The translations under genes and the position numbers were made by a program. Shown in pieces: positions 9,637 through 19,935 of a stretch of 64,000 bases of DNA. The notes under the pieces are model-generated. The model was not told the DNA's origin, did not search any database, and saw nothing but the letters and a program-made list of their open reading frames with translations. Every line of letters begins with the position of its first letter. Position 1 is the stretch's first letter. This stretch comes from Kiritimatiellia bacterium (GTDB lineage: Bacteria; Verrucomicrobiota; Kiritimatiellia; CAIQIC01; Lenti-01). The DNA lies in contig JAFXQI010000022.1 of the NCBI GenBank assembly GCA_017527155.1, positions 160-64,159 of the forward strand, given 5' to 3'.

Positions 9637-10309
9637 GGAAGAAGTTGGCGGGTACGAGGTCCTTGAGGGAGTCGCAGACGGCGTTGGCGCCGCCGAAGTC
9701 CTGGAAGTCGGTGAAGGCGTCGGGGACGGCGAGGACGTTCATGCCGGCGGCGAGGGCGCCCTTGGCGGATTCGGCGCCGGAGACGATGGCGAGGCAGTTC
9801 TTGGGATTGCGCTCGGCGGTCTTGGCGGCGCGAAGCCAGAGGTCGGCCTGCTGCATGGAGGTGTCGGTGGGGGCGGCGACGAGGATGCGCGCGTTCCAGC
9901 GGGCGAAGTCGAGGTGCTGCGCGATGGATTCGGCGGAGGGCAGGATGGAGACGCCGACGATGTTGAAATGGCGGGAAAGGGCGGCGTCGAGCCAGGGAAC
10001 GAGGTCGGCGCGGATGGTGGCGTCCTTCTGCATGAGCCGGGAGGTGGTCTCGCCGACGAGGCGCTTGGCGACCTGCTCGGGGGTGGCGGAGGTGTACTGG
10101 AGGGCGTCGAGCAGTCCGGGGAGGTAGGCGGCCGGGAGGGTGGCGAGGCAGTGGCGGAGGAAGAGGGGTTCGGGGAAGTCGATGCCCTGCTCGCCGAGGA
10201 TGCCCTTGAGGATTTCGTAGCGGATGGCGCGGGCGCCGAGGGCGATGTCGTCGAACTCGAAAATCAGTCCGCACTGGGGGGCGGCGGCGGCCTTGTCTTC
10301 TTTCTTCAT
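9620..10309 (-). CDS. HAD-like hydrolase-fold protein (divergent motifs)
   Basis: 229 aa. The C-terminal region resembles HAD motifs III/IV (KNCLAIVSGAESAKGALAAGMNVLAV), but the N-terminal DxD nucleophile motif is not canonical (FEFDDIAL). Confidence 0.4.
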   Translation of the reverse strand: MKKEDKAAAAPQCGLIFEFDDIALGARAIRYEILKGILGEQGIDFPEPLFLRHCLATLPAAYLPGLLDALQYTSATPEQVAKRLVGETTSRLMQKDATIRADLVPWLDAALSRHFNIVGVSILPSAESIAQHLDFARWNARILVAAPTDTSMQQADLWLRAAKTAERNPKNCLAIVSGAESAKGALAAGMNVLAVPDAFTDFQDFGGANAVCDSLKDLVPANFFRELAL

Positions 10310-10345
10310 GGTATGTCTTTCGTTCCTTGTGGGTTTTCGGGCACT

Positions 10346-11905
10346 CTACGGCGTGCCCGCGCCGGGGTCAATTCCGTTTTGCCCGCCGGCGGCGCGCGCG
10401 GCGCGGACGGAGGCGAGGAGGGTTTCGAGGGTTTCGTCGGGCTGGAGCAGGGATTCGTCTTCGTGGCGGAGGCCGACGAGGATGGTCTTGAACGTGCGCA
10501 GGAGGATGGAGAGGTCGAGGAGGGGGGAGAGGTTCTTGACGTAGTAGAGGTCGAACTGGAGCTTGCGGGCGGCGGCGTCGATGCTGGAGGCGTAGGGGAA
10601 CCAGATCTGCGCCCATCCGGTGAGGCCGGGGGGAACGAGGGTGCGTTCGTTGTAGAAGGGGATTTCCTTTTCGAGGACGGCCGTGAACTCGGGGCGCTCG
10701 GGGCGCGGGCCGACGAGGCTCATCTCGCCCTTGAGGACGTTGAAGAGCTGGGGGATTTCGTCGAGGCGCCATTTGCGGAGGAAGTAGCCGACGGGGGTGA
10801 CGCGGGCGTCGGAGGAGGCGGACCATACGGCGCCGGCGTCTTCGGCGTGGTCGCACATGGTGCGGAGCTTGTAGAGGGTGTAGGGGCGGCCGCCGAGGCC
10901 GACGCGCGTCTGGCGGTAGATCATCGGGCCGCGCGAGGTGAGCTTGACCAGCAGGCCCGCGAGGAGCATCAGGGGCAGGCCCGGGACGAGGCCGAGCAGC
11001 GCGGCGGCGATGTCGAGGATGCGCTTGGTGCGGCGGATGGGGAGGACGGCGCAGTTCATGGCGGACTGCATGAGCCATTCCTCGGAGATGTAGGCGAGCG
11101 GGATTTCTCGGCGGATGTCTTCGCAGAGGGCGAGGCGGTCGTGGATTTCAAACCCGCGGTAGCGGAGGCCGCGCAGGCGCGGGAGCAGGTCGTGTGCCCG
11201 GTCGGGGGCGACGGCGACGAGCAGGGACGATATTTCACGGGCTTCGAGGAAACCGGCGTCGAGTTCGGAGAGGGTGCCGGCGACGGGGACCGGGCGCCCG
11301 GGCTCGGCATCGGCGGGGGCGCCGGGCTTGGCGGCGAAGATTCCGGCGAAGGCGGATGCGGGCTCCGTCCCGCACGGGACGATGCCATCGACGCGGAAGG
11401 GGCACGGGCGGCCGTCGCGCAGGATGGCGAGCAGCTCGCGCGCGGTTTCCGGCGTGTCGCACAGCAGGAGGGCGCGCTTGAGGAAGTGGCCGCGGCGGAG
11501 AAGGAGGCGGAGGACGGCGCGAAGGGCGTAGACGGCGATCAGGATGAGGCCCGAGGCGAGAATCCAGACGCCGCGCCCGAGCACCATGCCGGGATTGGCG
11601 AATACGACGATGGCCGAGAGCGCGGTCGCGAGGAGCGTCGCGGCCAGCGGCAGGAAGTCGAACGGGCGCGCGGGCCGGTTCCACGCCGGTTCGTACATGC
11701 CGGAGGCGTAGAACACGAGCAGGTAGACGAGCACCGAAACCCCGATGCCGATCCAGTTCCCCGCCAGATACAGCATCGCGCCGTTCCAGCCGAAACGGAC
11801 GCACAACGCGCCGAGCTGCGCGAGCAGGACGATCAGCAGATCGCCGAACAGCAGGCACCGCCGCGGCATCGAGATGTGGCGCTTGCGCTGGAAGAGGAGA
11901 ACCAT
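10346..11905 (-). CDS. exopolysaccharide polyprenyl glycosylphosphotransferase (bacterial sugar transferase, WbaP/EpsB-like)
   Basis: Multi-TM N-terminus plus conserved C-terminal Bac_transf block (YKLRTM...RLDEIPQLFNVLKGEMSLVGPRPERPEF). An alternative start lies at 11869. Confidence 0.85.
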   Translation of the reverse strand: MVLLFQRKRHISMPRRCLLFGDLLIVLLAQLGALCVRFGWNGAMLYLAGNWIGIGVSVLVYLLVFYASGMYEPAWNRPARPFDFLPLAATLLATALSAIVVFANPGMVLGRGVWILASGLILIAVYALRAVLRLLLRRGHFLKRALLLCDTPETARELLAILRDGRPCPFRVDGIVPCGTEPASAFAGIFAAKPGAPADAEPGRPVPVAGTLSELDAGFLEAREISSLLVAVAPDRAHDLLPRLRGLRYRGFEIHDRLALCEDIRREIPLAYISEEWLMQSAMNCAVLPIRRTKRILDIAAALLGLVPGLPLMLLAGLLVKLTSRGPMIYRQTRVGLGGRPYTLYKLRTMCDHAEDAGAVWSASSDARVTPVGYFLRKWRLDEIPQLFNVLKGEMSLVGPRPERPEFTAVLEKEIPFYNERTLVPPGLTGWAQIWFPYASSIDAAARKLQFDLYYVKNLSPLLDLSILLRTFKTILVGLRHEDESLLQPDETLETLLASVRAARAAGGQNGIDPGAGTP

Positions 11906-11920
11906 CGGATTGCAGGGCCC

Positions 11921-14179
11921 TCAGACTTTCTTCGTGGCGGGGGACGCGGCCGGCGCCGCGGCGTCCTCTTCCTCGTAGCGGTAGTCGTAGGTGTAGTAGG
12001 GCGCGTAGTAGCTGGAGTAGCCGTAGTGGGCCGCGTGCATCATGTCGAGGCTGTTGATCACCAGGCCCGCGATGCGCGTGCCGCGCGTCTCCAGCTGGCG
12101 GACCGACATCCTGACCAGCTTGCGCGACGTGCGCCCGCCGTGCACCACCAGGATCGCCGCGTCCGCGATCGACCCGATGACCGTCGATTCCGACACCGCC
12201 AGCACCGGCGGCGCGTCCAGGAACACCAGGTCGTACTTCTCCGCCGCCTCGCGCAGGAACGCCTGCATCGCGGGCCGCAGCACCAGCTCCGCCGGATTGT
12301 CCGGGAACGAGCCCGTCGCCACCAGGTCCAGCCCCGGCACGGCGGTGTGCTGCACCACCGCGTCGAACGTCGCCCTGCCGGCGAGCACGTCGGACACGCC
12401 CAGCCCCGCCTGGAGGCCGAAGGGATGGTGCAGGCTGCCGCGGTGGAGGTCCATGTCCACGAGCAGGATCTTCCGCCCCGTCTGCGCGAAGCAGGTGCCG
12501 AGGTTGGCGCAGGTGGTCGTCTTGCCTTCCTTGGGCACGGAGGAAATGACGGAATAGATGCGCGGGACGGGGTCGCCCGGACTGAGCAGGATGGCGGACC
12601 GGATGTTGCGGTACGCCTCCGCGAAGCCGCTCGACGGGTCCACCTTGCCGATCCAGTAGCTTTCGTTTTCGTCGCGCTTCCAGTGCGCCATCGGGACGAG
12701 GCCGAGGAAGGGCACGTCGAGCGCCTTCACGGCGTCCTCGGGAATGCGGATGGAGTCGTCCATGAAGTCCAGCAACACGATCAGCGCGATGCCGATGCCC
12801 AGCCCGATGATCGCCGCGAGGAACAGCCCTTGCAGGTTGCGCGGGTTGTTCATGCCGCCGGGGACGAGGGCGCGTTCGAGGATGCGCACGGATTCGAGCT
12901 GGATGCCGGCCGAGATGTCCACTTCCTGGAGGCGGTTGAGGATGAGGTCGTAGAGCCGCTGGGCGCGGTCGAGCTTGCGCTGGAGGCCTTCGTATTCGGT
13001 CTTCTTGCGCTCGATTTCCAGCGCCTCTTCCTCCCATTCGCTCTCGACGCGCTTCGCGGCCTTTTCCTTGATGGAAAGCGCTTCGAGCTTGGCGCGGTAC
13101 TGCTTGAGGGCGAACTGCGTCTCGACATCCATCGCCTCCTCGTTCGCGCGGAGCTTTTCGAGGGTCTGCTGGATGTACGGATGGTCGTCGAGCCATTTCT
13201 TGCGGTAGGAGACGAGCTGCGCCTCCAGGAGGGCGTTCTCGCGCTTGAGTTTCTCCCAGTTGGGCGGCTGGATGAGGCCGTGGTCGATCAGGTTTTCCAC
13301 GTTGTCCGCGAGCGTGTCGGCGCCGCCTTCGCCCGTGCCCGCCGCCGTCGCCGCCGCTTCCGCCGCGGCCGGGGTCGCGAGCGCCTGGGCGGAGAGGCCG
13401 TAGTCGAGGGTCGCCAGCACGATTTCGGGCGAGGCCGATGACAGCAACGGCTGCTGCGTCTCCAGCAGGCGCCGCTGGGTGTGGTACTCCGCCGACTGCG
13501 ACGAGAGCTGCGCGAACAGCGCCGCCGCCTGGTTGCCGCGCTCCTTGATGCCGAGCACGCTGTTCTCGCGCACGAAGGCCAGAAGGTCGTCTTCCATCTT
13601 CTCGATCTGGACGGCCAGGTTCGCCGCCTGCTCGGAGAGGTTCTGCGCCGTGTCCTGCGAGCTGCCCGAACGCTCGGCCCGCTTGTACTCGATGTAGGCC
13701 TCCGCGATGGCGTTCGCGTAGTCCGCGCAGAAGTGCGGATCGAGACTCGTCACCGAAATGTTCAGGATGGCCGTCTGCCAGCCCGGGTTCACCGAGACCG
13801 ACCCGCCCTTGGACCCGAACTCCTGCGGCGTCAGGTCCAGCTTCGACTTCGCGAGGTCGATGACGTTCGTGCTCAGGATGATCGACCGCTGCGTCTGCGC
13901 GTAGTCGCCGAGGATCGTTTCCATGTCCGCCTGCCGCAGGTTGCTCGGCAGCGCGAGCACCGACCGCACCAGCTGGACCTTCGCCGTCGCGGTGTACTCC
14001 GGTTCCTGCTTCATCATCATCACCAGCATCACGGAGACGGAGATGAAGAAGCACAGCACCAGCAGCCAGAGCCGCCGGACGATCATGTAGAAATACTTGC
14101 GGAACTCGAATTTCGGCGCGTCGTTGGCGGGCGCGGCGGGTGCGGGGGCGGCGGTGGGCGGCTGGAGCAGGTCTTTCAT
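11921..14179 (-). CDS. polysaccharide co-polymerase/tyrosine autokinase (Wzc/GumC-like chain-length determinant + CpsD/CapB P-loop ATPase)
   Basis: 752 aa. Wzz-like N-terminus with TM, long coiled coil, second TM. C-terminal Walker A (SSVPKEGKTTTCANLG), VDMDLHRGS, and a Tyr-rich tail (YGYSSYYAPYYTYDYRY). Confidence 0.85.
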   Translation of the reverse strand: MKDLLQPPTAAPAPAAPANDAPKFEFRKYFYMIVRRLWLLVLCFFISVSVMLVMMMKQEPEYTATAKVQLVRSVLALPSNLRQADMETILGDYAQTQRSIILSTNVIDLAKSKLDLTPQEFGSKGGSVSVNPGWQTAILNISVTSLDPHFCADYANAIAEAYIEYKRAERSGSSQDTAQNLSEQAANLAVQIEKMEDDLLAFVRENSVLGIKERGNQAAALFAQLSSQSAEYHTQRRLLETQQPLLSSASPEIVLATLDYGLSAQALATPAAAEAAATAAGTGEGGADTLADNVENLIDHGLIQPPNWEKLKRENALLEAQLVSYRKKWLDDHPYIQQTLEKLRANEEAMDVETQFALKQYRAKLEALSIKEKAAKRVESEWEEEALEIERKKTEYEGLQRKLDRAQRLYDLILNRLQEVDISAGIQLESVRILERALVPGGMNNPRNLQGLFLAAIIGLGIGIALIVLLDFMDDSIRIPEDAVKALDVPFLGLVPMAHWKRDENESYWIGKVDPSSGFAEAYRNIRSAILLSPGDPVPRIYSVISSVPKEGKTTTCANLGTCFAQTGRKILLVDMDLHRGSLHHPFGLQAGLGVSDVLAGRATFDAVVQHTAVPGLDLVATGSFPDNPAELVLRPAMQAFLREAAEKYDLVFLDAPPVLAVSESTVIGSIADAAILVVHGGRTSRKLVRMSVRQLETRGTRIAGLVINSLDMMHAAHYGYSSYYAPYYTYDYRYEEEDAAAPAASPATKKV

Positions 14180-14192
14180 CGTGTGTCTCCGA

Positions 14193-15389
14193 TCAGAAGG
14201 GCCAAAAACTGTCCAGGATCCCCGCCTCGGGCGCCACCAGCACGTCGCCGTCCTGCAACGCCACGTCGTCCTCGAAGTCCCCCTTCTTCAGGATCTTCCG
14301 GATGTCCAGCACCAGCGTCTTCTTGCTCCCGTCCGGAGCCAGCCTCTGGAGGCGCACCCGCCCGTCCGCGAAATCCGTCAGCCCCCCGTGCGCCAGGATG
14401 ATCCGAGCCGCCGTCGCGGTCGGCCCCGGCATGAACGACACCGCGCCCGGCTTCTGCACCTCGCCGAGCAGGTAGATCTGCGCGCTGACCACGTTGCGGA
14501 CCGACGGCACGATGAAGATGTCCCCCTTCTTCATCGGCAGGTTGCATTCCATGTCCGCCGCGCTGAAGAGGCGGTTGAGGTCCACCGGCAGAATCGTGTA
14601 CTCCCCGTTCGGCTGCTTGCGCATGATGCGCGCCGACGACCAGTCCGCGAACTCGCCCAGGCCACCGACCATCGTCACCGCCTTGATGACGTCCAGGTCC
14701 GCGCTGTAGGGGTGGTATCCCGGCTGGCGGACCTCGCCCATCGCCAGGAACTCGTTGCGCTCGTCGCTGCCGTTGCCGCGGCTGGGGACGATGATGTAGT
14801 CGCGCGGCCGCAGGTACTGGTCGTTCGCGAAGTCCAGCGTGTCCATCATGTACTGCACGTTCACGTCGATCGACTGCTTTTCCATCGATCCGCCCGGCCG
14901 CCACCGCAGGATGCGCACCCGGTCGCCCGCCGCGTTCTCCGCCAGCCCGCCGCACTGCGTGATGGCTTCCACCAGCGTCATGATGGAGTCCCCGCGGAAG
15001 GGCAGCGACTGCGGACTCCGCACCGCCCCGGTCACGTACACGTCGCCCTCGACGAAGTTGGCGATGGAAATCTCCACGTGCGCCTCGCGGAAGTACCGGC
15101 TTTCGAGCACTTCCTCCAGTTTGCGCGCCGCCTCGTCGGCGGTGAGTTCCCCGATGACCACGCGCCCGGCGAACGCGAAATCCACCGACCCGTCCCCCGC
15201 CACCGCGTAGACGCGGTTGAGGTCGCTCTGCTCCTTTACGGAAATGTTCAGCCGGTCGCCGGCCATGATGCGCCGCGCCGACACGTCGGTGGGAATCGTT
15301 CCCCCCGCCGCGAACGCCGTCCCGGCGCATCCCAAAACCAACAGCGTCGCCATCCCCCACCGCCAATACCATTTTGCCAATGCATGCAT
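14193..15389 (-). CDS. polysaccharide export outer-membrane lipoprotein (Wza-like, PES + SLBB domains)
   Basis: Lipobox (LVLGC). Poly_export motif (GDRLNISV...YAVAGDGSVDFAFAGRV) and repeated soluble-ligand-binding beta-grasp segments. Confidence 0.8.
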   Translation of the reverse strand: MHALAKWYWRWGMATLLVLGCAGTAFAAGGTIPTDVSARRIMAGDRLNISVKEQSDLNRVYAVAGDGSVDFAFAGRVVIGELTADEAARKLEEVLESRYFREAHVEISIANFVEGDVYVTGAVRSPQSLPFRGDSIMTLVEAITQCGGLAENAAGDRVRILRWRPGGSMEKQSIDVNVQYMMDTLDFANDQYLRPRDYIIVPSRGNGSDERNEFLAMGEVRQPGYHPYSADLDVIKAVTMVGGLGEFADWSSARIMRKQPNGEYTILPVDLNRLFSAADMECNLPMKKGDIFIVPSVRNVVSAQIYLLGEVQKPGAVSFMPGPTATAARIILAHGGLTDFADGRVRLQRLAPDGSKKTLVLDIRKILKKGDFEDDVALQDGDVLVAPEAGILDSFWPF

Positions 15390-15806
15390 ACGCAGTCCAC
15401 TCTACCAAACCCCGACGCCCCGACAATCCCGGATTTTTCCCTTCTTCCATCCGTTGTTCCCCTGCCTTCCAACTGTGAGATCAATGCTTGCCCGAACCAC
15501 AACGGATGGCGTCATCGTGGCACTTGTTGAGGCAGCTGATTCCGTTCCCCATGGGCGGCCCATGACGGAGGATTCGACATTGGATGCGGAATGGTTGTCC
15601 GAAAAAGGCTTCTGGCAGGTGCTCCCCGGGAAGCTTGGGGAGAAGGTCGAGAAGGGACGGCGGGACGTCCGCTCCGCAAACGGAGCCCTGGTGGCGGGAG
15701 GATGGGGTGGACGGATTCGGACGTGAGTTGTCCGGCCCTTGGCCCGGTCCGTCTTCGTGGCGTCTTCGCGCTTGTGCCGAGGCGGGGGGTTTGCTAGAAG
15801 GAGGTC

Positions 15807-16181
15807 ATGTTCACGTTCCTCCAGTCCAGCTTCAGCATGCCGCTGGCGGCGTTGCAGACCGCGCACGGCACTTGGTCGCCGCGGTCGTGGCTTTGGGTCT
15901 TCCTCTGCGGGGTGTTCGTCGCCCTGTGGATCCGCGCGCTGGGACGCCGCGACGCGGCCCGTTCCGACGAAGCCCGCAAGCCGTTCGTATCGGGCAACGA
16001 CGTCGCCGATCCCGAGGCCGCGCGCGTCTCCGCCTCTCACATGTACTGGGGCTTTCTCACGGCCCTCCGTCCCTACTACCGCCGGCTTCTCGCCTTCCAT
16101 GCGGGCCTGCTCCCGGACTACATCCTCTGGTTCCTCGCGGCGGTGGCCGTCTGGTTCCTGCTCCCCGGAGGCACGCCGTGA
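15807..16181 (+). CDS. nuoA: NADH-quinone oxidoreductase subunit A-like small membrane subunit
   Basis: 124 aa, TM helices at both ends. A central block KPFVSGNDV...[11 protein letters not shown] aligns to the NuoA PFESG...ARLRLSAKFY region. GAAGGAGG RBS. GTGA-overlapped by the nuoB-like gene. Confidence 0.5.
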   Translation: MFTFLQSSFSMPLAALQTAHGTWSPRSWLWVFLCGVFVALWIRALGRRDAARSDEARKPFVSGNDVADPEAARVSASHMYWGFLTALRPYYRRLLAFHAGLLPDYILWFLAAVAVWFLLPGGTP

Positions 16182-16606
16182 GCGCCGCTCCCGCTTCCTT
16201 CCGCCGCGCCCTCTGGGTGTTCTTCTGCAACGCGGGCAGCTGCAACGGGTGCGACATCGAAAACGTCGCGATGGTCACCCCCCGCTACGACGTCGAGCGC
16301 TTCGGCATCAAGGTCGTCGGCTCGCCGCGCCATGCGGACGTGCTGGTCGTGACGGGTCCCGTCACCCGCAAGATGGCCCCCCGCCTGCGCCGCGTCTACG
16401 AACAGATGCCCGAGCCCAAGCTGGTGGTCGCGGTGGGCGCCTGCGCGGTCTCCGGCGGCGTCTTCTACGACTCCTACACTCTCTGCGGCCCCGTCGACCA
16501 GGTCTTGCCCGTCGACGTCTACGTCCCCGGATGCCCGCCCCGCCCCGAGGCGATCATCCACGGCATCGTCCAGGGCATCCAGGCCCTTGAAAAGAAGGAG
16601 TCGTGA
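16178..16606 (+). CDS. nuoB: NADH-quinone oxidoreductase subunit B (20 kDa, NuoB/hydrogenase small-subunit fold)
   Basis: CNGCDIE...VGACAVSGG...[10 protein letters not shown] Fe-S cluster N2 ligating motifs. GTGA start/stop overlap. Confidence 0.85.
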   Translation: MSAAPASFRRALWVFFCNAGSCNGCDIENVAMVTPRYDVERFGIKVVGSPRHADVLVVTGPVTRKMAPRLRRVYEQMPEPKLVVAVGACAVSGGVFYDSYTLCGPVDQVLPVDVYVPGCPPRPEAIIHGIVQGIQALEKKES

Positions 16607-17301
16607 TGTCATCCGCCACTTCCGGCAAACGCTGGTCCCCCGATTACCGCATCGCCGTCCCCGGCGCCCGCCTCTCCCCCCAGGACGTCCTCGATGCCCT
16701 GACCGCGGCCGCGGGCGACGCCTTCATCTCCGGCCGCCTCGCCGACTGGACCGAGAATCCCCGGCCTGCCCCCGAGGTGCCTGCGCCCGCGGAAGGCGAG
16801 GCCACCACGCCTCCTCCCGCCCCGGTTTCCGCCGTTCCCGCTGTTCCTTCCTTCCGGCAGGTCTGGATCGATCTGCGCGCCGACGGCCTCCGTCCGGCGG
16901 TCGGGAAGCTCATTGCCATCCATTTCCCGCATTTCGTGGTCATCGCGGCGGAAGACCGCGGGGACGAAATCGTCCTGCCCTACTTCTTCCGCATCTACCA
17001 CGGCGTGCGTCACGCGGAAATCATGGTCGTCCTCTCCGTCCACGTTCCCAAGGCCGCGCCGGTCGTCCCGAGCCTCTGCGACCTGATTCCGGGCATCCTG
17101 ATCAGCGAACGCGAGAAGCAGGAAATGATGGGCGTGACGGTCTCGGACATCCCCGACGGCCGCCGCATGTTCCTCCCCGACGACTTCCCCGAAGGCGTCT
17201 ACCCCTGGCGCAAGGACGAAACCGCGCCACCGCCCTCGATGGTCCGCGACCTCTGGGCCGCCGGCCGTCCGGCTGCCCCCGCCCAGGCCCCCCAACCCTG
17301 A
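16603..17301 (+). CDS. nuoC: NADH-quinone oxidoreductase subunit C (30 kDa subunit)
   Basis: Complex1_30kDa block ([49 protein letters not shown]). Overlapped start after nuoB. Confidence 0.8.
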   Translation: MMSSATSGKRWSPDYRIAVPGARLSPQDVLDALTAAAGDAFISGRLADWTENPRPAPEVPAPAEGEATTPPPAPVSAVPAVPSFRQVWIDLRADGLRPAVGKLIAIHFPHFVVIAAEDRGDEIVLPYFFRIYHGVRHAEIMVVLSVHVPKAAPVVPSLCDLIPGILISEREKQEMMGVTVSDIPDGRRMFLPDDFPEGVYPWRKDETAPPPSMVRDLWAAGRPAAPAQAPQP

Positions 17302-17443
17302 CCGGTCCCTTGCTTTTTTGCCCGAGGAGACCTCGGGGCACGGCACCTTTCCCGCCCCGTCCGGGTGGCTCCTGCACCCGCCCCGTCCAATCCGGCGGGA
17401 TGGGATTGCGTTCCGCGGCGGCGGGGGTATACTGCACGGACTC

Positions 17444-18850
17444 ATGATTCGACTTCGACATTGGCTGTTCGCCGCGATGGTGGCGTTGATGGCGTCCGGC
17501 GCGGTCCTCCCGCGCCCGGCGTCGGCGCAGGTGCGCACCCTCAAGGCGGTGGCCTTCTCCGGCAAGCGCTACGTCGCGCTCGCCGACATCGCCGCCATGT
17601 ACGGGCTGCCGCTCGTCCCCCAGCCCGGCAAGACCCATCTCGTCCGCGGGCAGAACGTCAGCCTCCTCTTCACCGAGAACCAGCGGAAGGCGGTCATCAA
17701 CGGCACCGTCGTCTGGCTGCACGCCCCGCTGACCCCCATCAAGGGCAAGTGGTACGTGAGCGACGCCGACGCGCAGTACGTCATCGACCCGCTCGTGCGG
17801 CCCTCGGCCTACCTCGGCGGGCGCGGGACGCAGACGGTCATCCTCGACCCCGGCCACGGCGGCAAGGACCCCGGATGCCACTCCACCGCCGGCCAGCAGG
17901 AGAAGGACACGGCGCTGGCGATCGCCCTGCGCGTGCGCGCGCACCTTCTCGCCGCCGGTCTCCGCGTGGTGATGACGCGCGACACGGACAAGTTCCTGGA
18001 GCTGGAGGACCGCCCCAAGCTGGCGTCGAAGCAGAAGGGCGACCTCTTCGTGAGCATCCACCTGAACGCGACGGCGAACACGGCGGTCAAGGGCGTGGAA
18101 ACCTTCGCGACGGCCGCCGAGAACTATCCCGCCACCGCCGACGGCGACCTCTCCAAGAAGCACGCCGCCGAGCCGAACAACAAGTTCAACCACTCCAGCA
18201 CGGCCCTCGCGAACCAGATCCAGAAGGCGCTCGTCGGCGTGACCCGCGCCGAGGACCGCGGCCTCAAGCGGGCGCGGTTCGTGGTGATCCGCGAGTCGTC
18301 GATGCCGGCGGCGCTGGTGGAGTGCGGTTTTTTGACGAACGCGGGCGAGGCCTCCAAGCTCGCCACGACGGCGTACCGCGAGACGGTCGCGCGCGGCATC
18401 GCGCAGGGCATCCTCAACTACATCGCCCTCGTCAACCGCGCCAAGAAGGAGCTCGGCGCGCCCGTCGTCCAGACCCCCGCCGTGCCCGCGCTGCTCCCCG
18501 CCCCGGCCCCGGCGCCCGCCCCCGCCCCGGCCGCGCCGGCCGCCGCGCCGAAGCCCACGCCGATGGCGTCGCGCTCCTTCACGCTGCCACCGCAGGCGCA
18601 GCCGGCGGCCCCCGTGCCGCGTACGGTGGCGCCGGCCGCCCCCGCGCCGCAACCCGCGCCGCAGCCTGCCCCCGCGGTACCCGCGGCGCCCGCCTACGCC
18701 CCGGCCCCCGTCCGTCCCGTCCCCGTCATTTCCGCCCCGGCGCCCGCGCTGCCGGCCTACCCGCCGGTCCCCATCGCGCCGCCGCCGAACCACCTGCTGA
18801 ACCCCGGCCTGGCCACCCGCCCGGCCCCCACCCCAGGAGCCCTCCAATGA
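17444..18850 (+). CDS. N-acetylmuramoyl-L-alanine amidase (AmiC-like, N-terminal AMIN-like domain, Pro/Ala-rich C-terminal tail)
   Basis: Signal peptide. Amidase_3 motifs (VILDPGHGGKDPG, DLFVSIHLNA, ECGFLTNAGE). C-terminal ~110 aa are low-complexity PAPA repeats. Confidence 0.85.
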   Translation: MIRLRHWLFAAMVALMASGAVLPRPASAQVRTLKAVAFSGKRYVALADIAAMYGLPLVPQPGKTHLVRGQNVSLLFTENQRKAVINGTVVWLHAPLTPIKGKWYVSDADAQYVIDPLVRPSAYLGGRGTQTVILDPGHGGKDPGCHSTAGQQEKDTALAIALRVRAHLLAAGLRVVMTRDTDKFLELEDRPKLASKQKGDLFVSIHLNATANTAVKGVETFATAAENYPATADGDLSKKHAAEPNNKFNHSSTALANQIQKALVGVTRAEDRGLKRARFVVIRESSMPAALVECGFLTNAGEASKLATTAYRETVARGIAQGILNYIALVNRAKKELGAPVVQTPAVPALLPAPAPAPAPAPAAPAAAPKPTPMASRSFTLPPQAQPAAPVPRTVAPAAPAPQPAPQPAPAVPAAPAYAPAPVRPVPVISAPAPALPAYPPVPIAPPPNHLLNPGLATRPAPTPGALQ

Positions 18851-19920
18851 ACGCCAAAAGCCTCTCCTTCCTCAAGCGCCTGATGGCGACCATCTCGCCC
18901 TCCGGCTACGAAATGGCCGCCGTCCGCGAATACCGCAAGGAGGCCGCCTCCTTCGCCGCCGAAGTCCGCACCGACGTGCACGGAAACACCGACGTCGTCG
19001 TCAATCCCGGCGGCTCCCCGCGCGTCCTGCTCGCGGGCCACTACGACGAAATCGGCTTCATCGTCACCCTCATCGACGACAAGGGCTACCTCTGGATTTC
19101 CCCCATCGGCGGCTGGGACCCGCAGATTCCGCAAGGCCAGCGCGTAAGCATCCTCTCCTCGACCGGCAAGACCGTCCCCGGCGTCCTCGGCAAGGCCCCC
19201 ATCCACGTCCAGAAGCAGGAAGACCGCAACCGCGTCACCCCCCTCACCGAGCTCTGGGTGGACATCGGCGCCAAGGACAAGGAAGAAGCCGAGAAGCTCG
19301 TCTCCGTCGGCGACCCGATGGTCGTCGACCAGGGCGTCACCGAACTCCCCAACGGCCGCCTCGCCGGACGCGCCTTCGACGACCGCGCGGGCGCCTTTGT
19401 GATCCTGGAGGCCGCGCGCCTGCTCGCCGCCACCAAGAACCTCAAGGCCGAAGTCCACGCCGTCGGCACCGTGCAGGAAGAAATCGGCTCGCGCGGCGCC
19501 CAGACCGCGACCTTCGGCATCGACCCCGACGTCGGCATCGCCGTCGACGTCACCTTCGCGACCGACCATCCCCTCATGGAATCCGCCGAAAAGCGCGAAG
19601 GCCGCGTCACGCTCGGCGGCGGCCCCGCCCTCACCCGCGGCGCCAACGTCAACCCCGTCCTCTACCGCCACCTCAAGGCCGTGGCCGACGCCAACAAAAT
19701 CCCCGTCCAGACCGTCGCCGACGGCCGCGCCACCCCCACCGACGCCGACCCCATCCAGATCTCCCGCGCCGGCGTCTCCGCCGCCCTCGTCTCCATCCCC
19801 CTCCGCTACATGCACACCCCCGGCGAAATCATCTCCCTCGACGACCTCGACGCCTGCTCCCGCCTCCTCGCCGCCGCCGTCTCCGCCATGCAGCCCGGCA
19901 TGGACTGGCGCCCCTTCTGA
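18847..19920 (+). CDS. M42 family metallopeptidase (glutamyl aminopeptidase/FrvX-like)
   Basis: 357 aa. M42 motifs (LLAGHYDEIGF, AFDDRAGA, VGTVQEEIGSRGA, IPLRYMHTPGE). ATGA overlap with the amidase stop. Confidence 0.85.
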   Translation: MNAKSLSFLKRLMATISPSGYEMAAVREYRKEAASFAAEVRTDVHGNTDVVVNPGGSPRVLLAGHYDEIGFIVTLIDDKGYLWISPIGGWDPQIPQGQRVSILSSTGKTVPGVLGKAPIHVQKQEDRNRVTPLTELWVDIGAKDKEEAEKLVSVGDPMVVDQGVTELPNGRLAGRAFDDRAGAFVILEAARLLAATKNLKAEVHAVGTVQEEIGSRGAQTATFGIDPDVGIAVDVTFATDHPLMESAEKREGRVTLGGGPALTRGANVNPVLYRHLKAVADANKIPVQTVADGRATPTDADPIQISRAGVSAALVSIPLRYMHTPGEIISLDDLDACSRLLAAAVSAMQPGMDWRPF

Positions 19921-19935
19921 GCTGCCCCCCAAGCC

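Noticed and set aside
9422-13441. 1339-aa plus-strand ORF spanning the EPS export genes
   Set aside because: It is antisense to the clearly homologous sugar transferase and Wzc genes and has low-complexity Gly/Glu/Ala/Arg content. It is a GC-driven open frame.
15420-15806. Possible sigma-54 promoter (TGGCAC...GAGGCA) and long structured leader upstream of nuoA
   Set aside because: The GG-N10-GC spacing is off by one and the -12 element is not TTGC, so it is not supportable as sigma-54.
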